Source of the DNA: Thermoproteota archaeon
Lineage (GTDB): Archaea; Thermoproteota; Thermoprotei; Thermofilales; B9-G17
Assembly: GCA_029258885.1 (NCBI GenBank)
Contig: JAPDJW010000009.1
Span: 64,001 to 128,000 of the forward strand
DNA length: 64,000 nt
Direction: 5' to 3'
Both the position numbers and the translations under genes were made by a program. This document shows, piece by piece, positions 38,081 to 48,284 of this stretch (position 1 is the stretch's first letter; each line of letters begins with the position of its first letter). The notes below the pieces were generated by a model. That model searched no databases, was not told the DNA's origin, and saw only the letters and a list, made by a program, of their open reading frames with translations.

Positions 38081-39991
38081 TTGATTGAAAAGATACTGTG
38101 GGAACATAGGCACGGCTATCAGCCAAGGAGAATAATAGATGGATTTAAACTTAAGGAAAGAGAGAGACATGCTGTTAGAAAGGTTAGGGACAGAATTATA
38201 CATGGATTAAACGAATGTCATGTAGTCTTAGCTCCCGGCTCAGTATATGACGAGATCATAAATACGGTCGATAATAGATCGATAAATATCGAGCCAATAA
38301 CTCTAAAAATGCTTAAAGAATACAATGAGGAGGCATACAATGAGCTACTGGATAAGGTGTTCTCCGGTAGAACGTGGATTGTAGCTACGGCTTACTCACA
38401 TCCAATACAGCCGTTGATGCGCAGCGATAATAGAGACAACTTTCTGATAAACCTTTACTGGAGCTGGAGCTTTTTCTTCGAACTATTCTATAAATATATA
38501 CTTGATAAAACGAGTCCTTCAATAGTAGGATGGTGGATGCCTGAATGCGCCTACACTAAGGAGGCTATGGAGGACACGTATAAGGTAGCTAATGAAGTGG
38601 CTAAGGAATATGGATTCAATGATATATACTTGATCTTGTTCCTTGATGATAGGCAGGTTAAACGGAAGGGAGTCTCGATAGGATTCATTAAGGATAGAGT
38701 GATTGTAGCCATAAGGGATTCAGCATTAAGTAATGCCATAGCATTTAACAGCCTCTTAGCGGATATCCTATGTATATTTAAGGATAAGCTATGCAATGTA
38801 GATTCTCCAATAGGCGAGATGAATGACGCGGAATGCTATGGAGGCAACTATGACCCCAATAAGCCTATAATCCTCGAATACCTTTATCGGATCTTAGAGG
38901 ATGGAGTTAGATGTAGTGACGGCAAGATTGTTAGAATTAAGATGAAGAAGATAATCGGTATAGTTCTTGAAAAACTAGATAGGCTCAACGTAGTCGATGT
39001 ATATGATAATACATCGTGGTCAGATTATGTTCCAACTTTAGATCCTAATCTTAAGGGATCTTGGGATACGGCTTTAATAAGCAAGGGCATATTCTTTCCT
39101 CGGTGGACCGGAATAGATTACATTGAGGATGGTGTTGTAAAGACATATTATTTAATATATAGGCAGAAGATAGGAGATAGGATACAATTAAGAATAGTAA
39201 ATAGCGCCTGGAAGGTCGCATTTAACGTAATTAGGAAGGAGCTCTCCAATAAAGTCTACGAGATAGTAGTGGATTACCTAGATAGGGTGAAGGGAGGCAG
39301 TAAACTGCTTAGGGAGTATTGGCGGGTTTTACTGATAGGTGAAGATGAGGAAAAGCTAATTAGAATTCATCTAGGTGATGTTGACTTAGACGTATATTCA
39401 GGACTTTTAAAGGCTTATTCAAGGGTATGTCAGGATTCGTACATAAGCTGTCCAACCTTCTGGTGGAGCATTGAGAACGAACTGGTTGAAACGTCACTAT
39501 CCCTGATAGCTGGGGGAACGGTACTCTTAATAAACACGCTATTTAAAGCTGGAGACAATAGGTGGAAGAACATCCTTAAAGCATATCGTGAAATACTCCT
39601 TAATTTCGATAAATCAAGCTTCTGGGCTAAGTTCAAGAAGTGCATAGATCTGCAGCTTAATTTACTCTGGGACTACATAGAGAGAAAGAGCAGGGTCAAC
39701 ACGAATTTTCTATCCCGCATAGATCCAACTGACGATTACGAGGTTAATTTAGTGGCGAGAATGCTGTATAATATGGCATTTAGGGACGCAGGTCATCCTG
39801 TATACGAGGGAGATATAAACGTTCATCTAGTCAAGCTTAAGATATTGGAGGCTAGGGGAGAAGGATGCAGCCACTTGGCTAAAAGGGCTATAGCCTTTGA
39901 ATGGAATAAATCAATAAATCCTATGTTCGGGGAGAAAAATATAGTAGTAAGAATAGCTGAAAAACACTATAGATATTTAGAGGTATCTTAA
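38081..39991 (+). CDS. Divergent cytoplasmic GH57-family protein
   Basis: HRHGYQP, YSHPIQPL, WWMPECAY, NDAECYG, SCPTFW; no signal peptide. Confidence 0.65.
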   Translation: MIEKILWEHRHGYQPRRIIDGFKLKERERHAVRKVRDRIIHGLNECHVVLAPGSVYDEIINTVDNRSINIEPITLKMLKEYNEEAYNELLDKVFSGRTWIVATAYSHPIQPLMRSDNRDNFLINLYWSWSFFFELFYKYILDKTSPSIVGWWMPECAYTKEAMEDTYKVANEVAKEYGFNDIYLILFLDDRQVKRKGVSIGFIKDRVIVAIRDSALSNAIAFNSLLADILCIFKDKLCNVDSPIGEMNDAECYGGNYDPNKPIILEYLYRILEDGVRCSDGKIVRIKMKKIIGIVLEKLDRLNVVDVYDNTSWSDYVPTLDPNLKGSWDTALISKGIFFPRWTGIDYIEDGVVKTYYLIYRQKIGDRIQLRIVNSAWKVAFNVIRKELSNKVYEIVVDYLDRVKGGSKLLREYWRVLLIGEDEEKLIRIHLGDVDLDVYSGLLKAYSRVCQDSYISCPTFWWSIENELVETSLSLIAGGTVLLINTLFKAGDNRWKNILKAYREILLNFDKSSFWAKFKKCIDLQLNLLWDYIERKSRVNTNFLSRIDPTDDYEVNLVARMLYNMAFRDAGHPVYEGDINVHLVKLKILEARGEGCSHLAKRAIAFEWNKSINPMFGEKNIVVRIAEKHYRYLEVS

Positions 39992-40869
39992 CCCCATCCT
40001 CCCTGGAATGTTGATAGCGGCTTAGCGTTTTTAGCCTCAGGAGGCAGTACTATCGATACTGGCTTGTTTATATCCTTAATCTTCCACTCGCTGTGTATTT
40101 CGCTTGTAACCGAGCCTACGTTGCTCTTTATCTCCATCTCCATGTCGGATACCGTCTTAAGTACAACATAAGTTTCCTTATCGATCCATACTGTAGATGA
40201 AAACGATTTAATGGTGATATTACCTTGAAGTCCTGTTGGTATGTTCGAGTATCCTGTCGAAATAGTCTCCATTATAATATCTGTAAGCTCCTTTTCACTT
40301 AAGCCGCCGGGAGTTATCTCCACCTTATAGGCATCTCTCCCATCGACTTTCTCTACTCCCTTAACCTCAGCCTTAAGCTTCTCCATTAGAGAGATTGATG
40401 CATTAATCATTTCCTGTCTTTCCCACAATCCCTTCTGGGTAGTCTTATACCACCGGCCGAGTATTTTTATATACATAGTGTCGCCGATTATGTATATCTC
40501 GTAATTCATACCCTGGAATGTATATGCCATCTTCATCTTTTTACTCTTATAGTCAACAGCACCGTGCCCATCCATGTTTATGGTAACAGTAGTACCCATA
40601 ACCTTTGTTTTTATAGACATCGAGAGATCAAACTTATAGGTATTAACGTTCCTCAATGCATCGTACGACTTGGATATAATTTCATCAGCTGAAGGCAAGC
40701 CGCCACCAAACAACCCTGGAAGCAGGAAATATGCAGCAACAGCGGCAACACCTAGGACGGCAATTACAATAATTATTAAAATTATAGTTTTACCTATACC
40801 CTCCTTTTTGGTAGGAGGCGGTGGAGGGGGCGGCGGAGGTAGTTCCCCGCTTAAAAATATTTTCTTCAT
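39988..40869 (-). CDS. Membrane-anchored LolA/LppX-like (DUF6612-type) protein with N-terminal poly-Pro tail
   Basis: P9 run, then TM, then beta-rich domain with EKVDGRDAYKV and VWIDKETY motifs. Confidence 0.55.
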   Translation of the reverse strand: MKKIFLSGELPPPPPPPPPTKKEGIGKTIILIIIVIAVLGVAAVAAYFLLPGLFGGGLPSADEIISKSYDALRNVNTYKFDLSMSIKTKVMGTTVTINMDGHGAVDYKSKKMKMAYTFQGMNYEIYIIGDTMYIKILGRWYKTTQKGLWERQEMINASISLMEKLKAEVKGVEKVDGRDAYKVEITPGGLSEKELTDIIMETISTGYSNIPTGLQGNITIKSFSSTVWIDKETYVVLKTVSDMEMEIKSNVGSVTSEIHSEWKIKDINKPVSIVLPPEAKNAKPLSTFQGGWG

Positions 40870-40943
40870 CTATATCCCCTGTGAAATAGTTAGCAAGGGT
40901 TATTAAAAAAGTAATCGCTTATTCAGAGTAGTTATAAACTAGG

Positions 40944-41720
40944 CTATTTATGCTCACTTCCACATTTCCTAATTAAATATTTTAGGATGTATGCAATCTT
41001 GCTATTCTTAATAATCACTCCTGTATCATACTCTGATTCAAGGGATGTATCGTCCGGAACAGATTCGAATAGTAGGACGTTGTCCTCGCCAATTATAATG
41101 ATGTTAGCCGTTTTTTCAGGGGCTTCTATGAGGAGGGTTTCAAGCTCCGGATCCTTGGATTTCGAAACGATATATACGTTAATGTTAAGTCCTTTTTCCC
41201 TAGCGAATTCCATATCCTCATAGTTGATTATTTTAATTCTTTCATACGTATTTCTAGAAATTACGAAGAATGCCTCACCTTTCTCAACTTGTCTAAGAAA
41301 CATCGAAATAGCGCTATGAATCCCCATACGCCCCTCAACAGTTTTAATAGCTTCATATACTCTCTTACTAGCCTTCCTATAGATTTGCTCTAGATCCTTT
41401 AAAATTAAGTTCTCGAAGTCCTCAAGTTTCTTGATTCGTTTTTCAAAATCAAGCACAAGTTTATGGCGAAGATTCTTTAGCGCAAGCTTAGGGTGTATAA
41501 CGCTGAACTTCATGGGTCTACCGGGTATTCTCAGTATTAGTCCCTTCGACTCAAGATTATTTATGGCGTCATAGATTCTAGTATACGGAATACCGCTGAT
41601 GTCACTTAATTCGCTCGCAGTAGCAGATCCTCGTGCAAGAAGAGCGATATATACCTTAGCTTCGTATTGATCAAGCCCATAGTATTCTAGGTACTTAATG
41701 AGGTTTTCTTCATTGATCAT
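40944..41720 (-). CDS. trmB: TrmB-family transcriptional regulator
   Basis: YGLDQYEAKVYIALL...ASELSDISGIPYTRIYDAINNLESKGL, GRPMKF. Confidence 0.92.
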   Translation of the reverse strand: MINEENLIKYLEYYGLDQYEAKVYIALLARGSATASELSDISGIPYTRIYDAINNLESKGLILRIPGRPMKFSVIHPKLALKNLRHKLVLDFEKRIKKLEDFENLILKDLEQIYRKASKRVYEAIKTVEGRMGIHSAISMFLRQVEKGEAFFVISRNTYERIKIINYEDMEFAREKGLNINVYIVSKSKDPELETLLIEAPEKTANIIIIGEDNVLLFESVPDDTSLESEYDTGVIIKNSKIAYILKYLIRKCGSEHK

Positions 41721-41939
41721 CGGTAAACACCCTAGCAGAAATAATTACCTTGCAAATATATTAAACTTCAGTATCTTAAAGCCTTTTATTTAAGTAAAAT
41801 AATTTTTATATCAATGGAAAAATGAAATCTTAAGTATTCAGTAGCTGAATACAACTATCGAAATATTCTACATGTTCTAAATAGGCGGCTTTGAATAAAT
41901 ATTAATATTTTACTTTAAACCTTAAGAATTAAAAAATAA

Positions 41940-42849
41940 ATATTGTCGGATATCCCGCAATCCACAATGCTACCATAAGTATGCCAGTGATTATCCAGTT
42001 AATAGTAGAGGTGCAAAGCAGTAATACGTCTTTCTCTGAGGGCACTACTGAAACATATACAGCAAGCGTTAAACTTAGGAACGTAGAACACGTAACTAAA
42101 TGATAAAGCAACTTACCCATAAGCAGCGAAGCATACTCTATCGTTAGTGCTATGAAGGAGCTATCAGTAAAACCTAGCACAAATATTGTTGCCAAAACTA
42201 CTATCTCCCCTAACGTAGACCTGCGGATCTAAAGTTCCTAATAAATATCAGTGTAAGCGCTACAGTTAATCCTATTCATCCTTCTCGAGGGGAGGAAGCA
42301 TAGGCTTCAGCTTTCTAGTATATGGATATAAACCTGGAAATGTTCTAGGAAAGATAATAATTTATTCTATGGATATAGAAAAGAGGGAGCTATACATTAA
42401 TACCTGGACAGTGTATTTGAAGTATGTAAAGTCTTTAAAGAAGGTAATTATTAATGAAGTTGAGGCTAATCTCCCGGCTATGATCTCTATCCTTGGGTTA
42501 TTGAGTGGATTGAGTTATATAATCCAAGCAAATATCCCATAAATGTGTATGGATGGATCCTAAAGCTATGCATGGCAGACCTGTAAGCTTTAGAATAGAT
42601 TCTCTTAACCCCAACGTCTGGCTTCCTCAAGGTACGGTTATTCCGGCTAAAGGGTACATACTTGTGGGATATAGGCTTCAATGGCTGGACAATAGGATGG
42701 AGGTGGTACAGCTATACGATAGGTATGGGAATTTAATGGATTTCTCAGCCATGAAAAGCGATTGGAGCAACAATGATTATACTTGGCAACGGATACCTGA
42801 CGAAGGGAATTACTGGAAGTTTAAGTATAAAAACGCCAGCAACCCGTAA
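41940..42849 (+). pseudogene. Degraded surface-protein gene with C-terminal lamin-tail (LTD) domain
   Basis: KVIINEVEAN (from 42441), frameshift, PGYDLYPWVIEWIELYNP...GWIL, frameshift, ...WLDNRMEVVQLYD...TWQRIPD. In-frame stops occur upstream. Confidence 0.7.
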
Positions 42850-44622
42850 CTACCCTATTACCTGTATGCTGTAGAGCTTTGCATAAACTCCTTTTCTCTC
42901 AATAAGGTCTCTATGAGTTCCCTCCTCAACTATCCTGCCATTCTTAATTACGACTATCCTATTAGCTATTTTTATCGTTGAAAACCTATGAGCTATAATT
43001 ATACACGTCCTGCCTTTGACTATCCTAGAAATAGCTGTCTGAATCTTAAGCTCTGTATATGGATCTACGCTACTAACTGCCTCATCCAAAACCAGTATTC
43101 TCGGGTTAGCCAACAATGCTCTAGCTAATGCTATGAGTTGACGCTGACCCATCGAGAGGTTCTTCCCCTCTTCAAGAATCTTCGTGTTGTATCCATTAGG
43201 CAACCTCTTTATGAAGTCATTGATGCCGAGCTCTCTAGCTATTCTAATTACATCCTCCTCACTTGCCTTCGGATTTGCTATCCTAATATTATCCATGACT
43301 GTTCCGGAAAAGAGTATAGGCTCCTGAAGAACAAGCCCTATATTCCTCCTAAGGGACTCAAGCTTAATTTTTCTAATATCTATTCCGTCAAGAAGTATTC
43401 TGCCGCTCCAGGGCTCATAGAATCTCATAAGAAGGTTAATTAGTGTTGTCTTTCCAGCTCCAGTAGGGCCTACGATAGCTATTATTTCCCCTGGCTTCAC
43501 TCTAATGTTCACATTTTTTAGAACTGGAGTATCCTTTTCATAGCCGAAGGTAACATTCTCAAACACTACCTCACCTTTAACGTTCTCTAGCTCAATTCCC
43601 TCATTGAATGTTTCCACTTCTTCGTGAAGAAACTCATAGATTCTCTCGCCTGCAGCTAAAGCTGACTGTATAGTGCCATAAAACGTAGCTAACGTCGATA
43701 AGGGTCTAAAGAAGCCACTTATATAATTGAGAAACGCTATCAGAGTACCGATAGTTGTTCTTCCCCAGTAAACTAATAGACCACCGTACCAAATTATTAT
43801 GGAGTAAGCTATGGCGCTTATAATACCTAGGGTTGGAGCTATGAAGAACGCCGACTTAGCAGCTTCAATGTATGCTTCAAATGTTTCCCTAGCTATCCTC
43901 TTAAACTCCTCAAGGTTAAACTGTTTTCTCTGGGGAAATGCTTGAATGACCTTTGCTCCCTCAATATCTTGCGTAATCTTTCCAGTAATTTCAGCTATCT
44001 TCCTCCTAGTTTTGGAGTATGCTTTCCTGGCTCTGCGTGCGAATACGTAGGTTGATATTAGGATAAGGGGTATTAAGCTAAGTAGTACAATAGTTAAATC
44101 TGGGCTTAAACTATACATTAAGAATATAGCTCCCCCAAGTGATATTAGGTCAATTACTAAATCTATTATACCTGAAGCTATGCTACTTCCTATGGTATTT
44201 ACGTCGTTAATAATCCTAGAAACTATGCTCCCTGTTTCCTCCTTAGAGAAATAATCGAGTTTTAGCCTATAGAGATGCACGAACATCCTATACCTTAAAT
44301 CATAAAGGAACTTATTAGCTACATAAGCTATAGCATATATTCTACTGAACCCTGCAATGCACATAACTGAAATAACTCCCATAAACAGCGTGAGGAAGAA
44401 CATTAAGCTATCAACATTTCCATTTACTATTGAGTCAATGATATACTTTGTTAAATACGGGTATAAGAGGCTGGTTAAGAGCCTAATGAGCGAGAGAATT
44501 AGTATAAGAATTAAATATGGAATATAGGGCTTAATTAGCTTAAAGAACCACATAAGTAATTCTTTATCGGATAGCTTTCTCTTTCGCTGTTCCTCCAGCC
44601 CCATGTGAGCCTTTGTTCTCAT
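42850..44622 (-). CDS. Heterodimeric type IV ABC exporter, consensus-site subunit
   Basis: 6 TM, GPTGAGKT, LSMGQRQ, LDEA, AHR. Confidence 0.94.
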   Translation of the reverse strand: MRTKAHMGLEEQRKRKLSDKELLMWFFKLIKPYIPYLILILILSLIRLLTSLLYPYLTKYIIDSIVNGNVDSLMFFLTLFMGVISVMCIAGFSRIYAIAYVANKFLYDLRYRMFVHLYRLKLDYFSKEETGSIVSRIINDVNTIGSSIASGIIDLVIDLISLGGAIFLMYSLSPDLTIVLLSLIPLILISTYVFARRARKAYSKTRRKIAEITGKITQDIEGAKVIQAFPQRKQFNLEEFKRIARETFEAYIEAAKSAFFIAPTLGIISAIAYSIIIWYGGLLVYWGRTTIGTLIAFLNYISGFFRPLSTLATFYGTIQSALAAGERIYEFLHEEVETFNEGIELENVKGEVVFENVTFGYEKDTPVLKNVNIRVKPGEIIAIVGPTGAGKTTLINLLMRFYEPWSGRILLDGIDIRKIKLESLRRNIGLVLQEPILFSGTVMDNIRIANPKASEEDVIRIARELGINDFIKRLPNGYNTKILEEGKNLSMGQRQLIALARALLANPRILVLDEAVSSVDPYTELKIQTAISRIVKGRTCIIIAHRFSTIKIANRIVVIKNGRIVEEGTHRDLIERKGVYAKLYSIQVIG

Positions 44623-46364
44623 ATTTCCTCCCTAACTGCCTTAAATAGTTTGGGGAAAAGCTTACCTTTCTCTATGAGGTCGCTGAACGAGCCCTCCTCT
44701 ACTATCTCGCCATCCGAAATAACGATAATCCTATCGACCAGCTTAAGCGTAGGTATTCTCTGAGTTATAACAATGACCGTTTTACCCCTAAAATGTTTAG
44801 TTAAAGCATCGTAAATGGCTGCTTCAGTTTTGGCATCAACCTGCGATGTAGAGTCATCGAGGATTATTATTTTAGGATTAATCATTAATGCTCTAGCTAT
44901 GGAGAGCCTTTGTCTCTGACCGCCTGATAACGTTACACCTCGCTCGCCAACATTAGTATCGTAACCTTTTGGAAGCGAAGAAATAAAGTCGTGGATGTGG
45001 GCAAGCTTTGCTACACGAACAACATCCTCAATAGAGGTATCCGGTGCTCCAAAGGCGATGTTATTCCTAATGGTATCGGGGAACAAAAATACGTCCTGGT
45101 GAACCATCCCTATCTGGCGTCTCAAGCTCTCCAGCTTAAACCTCTTAACATCCACTCCATCTATAAGTATCCTACCCTTCTGAGGATCATATAACCTCAT
45201 TATAAGCTGAGCAATCGTAGACTTACCGCTGCCCGTAGGTCCAGTTAAGGCAACAATTTCTCCAGGCTTTATCTCTAGATTTAACCCCTTCAAAACATAG
45301 TTTTTCCCATCATATGAGAACCATACGTTCTCAAATCTTATACTCCCCCTCTTAATCTCTATATCCTCCGCATCAGGGAGATCTCGGACTTCAGGCTCAG
45401 CCTCAAGAATATCGAATATCCTCTTAGTAGCCACTAGCGCCCGCTGATACCTAACTATGTTATAGCCGATCAACATAATCGGTCTATTCAAAAACAAAAT
45501 ATAAAGCGTAAATGCCACAACATCCCCTATAGTTATATCGCCAGAGATCGCTCTTAATCCGCCATACCAATATATAATGGCGATGGTTAAATACACAAAC
45601 CAGCCCATAGATGGCCATATAATAGCTCTAAGCTTACTTGTCTTCATATCCATGTTAAAATACTCCAGTAGCTTGCTCCTAAAATTGGAGGCAAAGTAGT
45701 CGCCTAAAACGTAGGATTTAATAACCTTAATGCCGGTTGCAGCCTCCTTAACTGCAGTAGTCATTTCTGAGTAGATATTTCTGCTCATAGCAACGTAGGC
45801 TCTATATTTAGGTATGGAATATCTTACAAATAGTACCATTAAAGGAAACATCGACAAAGTTACTAGCGTTAACTCAACATCTATAATGAGCATCATAGCG
45901 ATGGAAAATACGAACATAACTATGATATTAAGGATAGAGGGAATGCCAAAGCCTATAAACCTCCTAATATCCTCAACATCCGATGTAGCTCTAGCGATTA
46001 TCTGACCAGACTCAATTCTATCGAAAAAACCCAGCGAAAGCTCGTTTAAGTGTGCATATATTCTATTCCTCAATTCATAGACTATGCTCTGGCCAGTATA
46101 TTCACTGAAAACATTCTTACCATACGAAGCCAAACCCTGTATTATAGTAAGAACAACGACAAGAACAGCATAAAACCATATATCTTCGATTTTGCCAGCA
46201 TATAGCAGGTTTACCGCTTCTCGAGTCAGATACGGAAATATTGTGGATATGTATGAAACAATAGATGTAAGGATGAGTGTAACTGTTAGGAGCTTCCACC
46301 TAGATAAAACTAGCTTTAAAAGCTTTCTCCCGACATCTTTCGGGATATTATTTTGGGGGAGCAA
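44619..46364 (-). CDS. Heterodimeric type IV ABC exporter, degenerate-site subunit
   Basis: GPTGSGKS, LSGGQRQR, LDDS (Glu to Asp), TQR (His to Gln); 4-bp overlap with partner. Confidence 0.94.
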   Translation of the reverse strand: MLPQNNIPKDVGRKLLKLVLSRWKLLTVTLILTSIVSYISTIFPYLTREAVNLLYAGKIEDIWFYAVLVVVLTIIQGLASYGKNVFSEYTGQSIVYELRNRIYAHLNELSLGFFDRIESGQIIARATSDVEDIRRFIGFGIPSILNIIVMFVFSIAMMLIIDVELTLVTLSMFPLMVLFVRYSIPKYRAYVAMSRNIYSEMTTAVKEAATGIKVIKSYVLGDYFASNFRSKLLEYFNMDMKTSKLRAIIWPSMGWFVYLTIAIIYWYGGLRAISGDITIGDVVAFTLYILFLNRPIMLIGYNIVRYQRALVATKRIFDILEAEPEVRDLPDAEDIEIKRGSIRFENVWFSYDGKNYVLKGLNLEIKPGEIVALTGPTGSGKSTIAQLIMRLYDPQKGRILIDGVDVKRFKLESLRRQIGMVHQDVFLFPDTIRNNIAFGAPDTSIEDVVRVAKLAHIHDFISSLPKGYDTNVGERGVTLSGGQRQRLSIARALMINPKIIILDDSTSQVDAKTEAAIYDALTKHFRGKTVIVITQRIPTLKLVDRIIVISDGEIVEEGSFSDLIEKGKLFPKLFKAVREEI

Positions 46365-46459
46365 CTAAAACCCCAAAATAATATGATACATATGCATCAT
46401 TTCAATAGTACACCTAAAACATTATAAACTTTTGCCCTTTATACAAAATAAAATTTTAT

Positions 46460-47149
46460 TTATTTCCCATATAAAGCTAGAATTATTAACGGCAAAGCTA
46501 TGGGGACGGTAATGTTATCAGTGCCTTTAGGGGAAATCGCTTCGATTATCATTCCGATAAGTGATGATATAATTGAAATAAGTAAAATCTCGCTGAAACC
46601 TCCTTCAAACATTCCAATATTGCTGTAGATTGCAAGCGAAATGAACGTAGCTAAAAATCCAAACACTAGAAACGCCAGCGACCCCTCAATGCTCTTCGTA
46701 GATCCTATAATCGTGTACTTATGCTTACCATACTTCCTGCCGAAGAGATCAGCGACGCCGTCTGCCCAAGCCATAACTATAGCTCCAACAGCACCAATCC
46801 AGGGCTTACCTAGATACCAGAATAATCCCGCTATAAGAGCCATTGAAAAGGCATAGTACACCGTTCCCAATCCGCCAGCTTTCTCCTTCCGCTCCATAGC
46901 CTTAATTAGCTCCTTCTTATACGAGATATAGTTTATGACGACGAAAGTCAATGGAGGTATCATTAGCGCGTACCAGTGGTCGTAAAGAGGCCACAGGAAT
47001 ATCCAGTGGCCAGTATTTATGTGAATCACCTTTCTGGTGAAGAACGGCTTTAAGCCAAGCTTCGATCGAAGAAGCTCCGCAACGACTAGGGTAGAGATTA
47101 CGAATAGGTATGTAGCACCCATTCCTATGAGGTCGTTGTAGGTAAACAT
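46460..47149 (-). CDS. Dolichol/phytol kinase-like (CTP-dependent polyprenol kinase)
   Basis: TRKVIHI, LGTVYY, WADGVADLFGRKYG, KSIEGS, DNITVP. Confidence 0.88.
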   Translation of the reverse strand: MFTYNDLIGMGATYLFVISTLVVAELLRSKLGLKPFFTRKVIHINTGHWIFLWPLYDHWYALMIPPLTFVVINYISYKKELIKAMERKEKAGGLGTVYYAFSMALIAGLFWYLGKPWIGAVGAIVMAWADGVADLFGRKYGKHKYTIIGSTKSIEGSLAFLVFGFLATFISLAIYSNIGMFEGGFSEILLISIISSLIGMIIEAISPKGTDNITVPIALPLIILALYGK

Positions 47150-47248
47150 GGTAAATCCATAGGATTTTAGACTAAAAAGCTTTAACGGGCAATAGTGAGG
47201 GGATTATTGAAGCGTAAGAATAATTTAAGAGTTTTAAATAAAATATTT

Positions 47249-47302
47249 CGGTGATGATCCTCGATTCCACCGAACGATGAGGACTAGGGTAGGTTGCTGA
47301 CT
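47249..47302 (+). ncRNA. C/D-box guide sRNA; the D guide probably targets 16S rRNA
   Basis: C GTGATGA 47251-57, D' CCGA 47270-73, C' ATGAGGA 47277-83, D CTGA 47297-300. The D guide CTAGGGTAGGTTG is complementary to CAACCTACCCTAG, which I recall as an archaeal 16S 5'-domain sequence. Confidence 0.85.
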
Positions 47303-47346
47303 TATTTCACAATACTATTATATATTTATAATGATTATATTCTAGG

Positions 47347-48177
47347 ATGCCCATGTACACCATAAAGGTTCTAGTAGAGGACTACTGTCCAATACCAGGA
47401 TTGCTTGGCGAGCATGGTTTATCCATACTCCTCGAGCAGGGAGATACAAGAATTCTATTTGACGTCGGCCAGAGCTATAGAGTTCTTAAAAATAACTCGG
47501 AGAAAATGAAGGTTAATCTTCACGATGTAAGCCTAATAGTACTCTCCCACTGCCACTACGACCATACAGGTGGTTTGCTCGGCTTAATTAAGGATATAGG
47601 TGGCAGAACTATAGTAGCTCATCCATCAGTATTTAGAGAGAGCTTCGCTATAGATGGAACTTTGAGATACGTTGGCATACCGTTTAAAAGGAGGATCCTA
47701 GAGGATGCTGGGGCGAACCTGCTCCTATGTAAAAACTATGTTAAAATTGCTGAGAACCTATATGTGAGTGGCGAAGTGAAACGCTACTATCCCGATTACG
47801 AGAGAATCGAAAAAATGTATACGGTAGATAACGGCATGCTTACACGGGATCATATGTACGACGATATTTCGCTTATAATAAGGGATGGCGATGAGATATC
47901 AATAATCACTGGTTGCTCACACTCGGGGATAGTAAATATCGTTAAACACTGCCTAGAGGTAACGCAAACTAAGAGTGTCAAGGCTGTAATAGGTGGACTA
48001 CACCTATTAGGTTTAGATAGGATGCAGGTAAAGGAAATAGCTAATAAACTCCTGGAATTAGGCGTGGAGAAAATATACACTGGACACTGCACCGGCTTTG
48101 AAGCGTTATGTGTTCTTAGCGAAACTTTTAAAGAAAACTTTAAGAGGATATATTGTGGAGCAGTAATAAAGCTATAA
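47347..48177 (+). CDS. MBL-fold metallohydrolase (COG1237-like)
   Basis: GEHGLS, FDVG, SHCHYDHTGG, TGCSHSG, GGLHL, GHCTG. Confidence 0.9.
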   Translation: MPMYTIKVLVEDYCPIPGLLGEHGLSILLEQGDTRILFDVGQSYRVLKNNSEKMKVNLHDVSLIVLSHCHYDHTGGLLGLIKDIGGRTIVAHPSVFRESFAIDGTLRYVGIPFKRRILEDAGANLLLCKNYVKIAENLYVSGEVKRYYPDYERIEKMYTVDNGMLTRDHMYDDISLIIRDGDEISIITGCSHSGIVNIVKHCLEVTQTKSVKAVIGGLHLLGLDRMQVKEIANKLLELGVEKIYTGHCTGFEALCVLSETFKENFKRIYCGAVIKL

Positions 48178-48200
48178 ATTATCCCTAAAATAGTTCCTAG

Positions 48201-48253
48201 GAGTGATGAGCAACCCCGAGTGCGAATGGTGAGCGGTGCCGAGTTTGCTGAAC
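48201..48253 (+). ncRNA. C/D-box guide sRNA
   Basis: C GTGATGA 48203-09, D' GCGA 48222-25, C' ATGGTGA 48226-32, D CTGA 48248-51; guides of 12 and 15 nt; intergenic. Confidence 0.75.
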
Positions 48254-48284
48254 GAACCAAAAGCTTTTAAATTTATCGGATAGT

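Noticed and set aside
41929-42195. 88-aa minus-strand ORF
   Set aside because: It is antisense to the decayed LTD surface-protein gene.
42850-46364. ABC pair as the missing ATPase for the FtsX fusion
   Set aside because: Both are fused TMD-NBD type IV exporter halves forming a self-contained heterodimer, on the opposite strand about 12 kb away.
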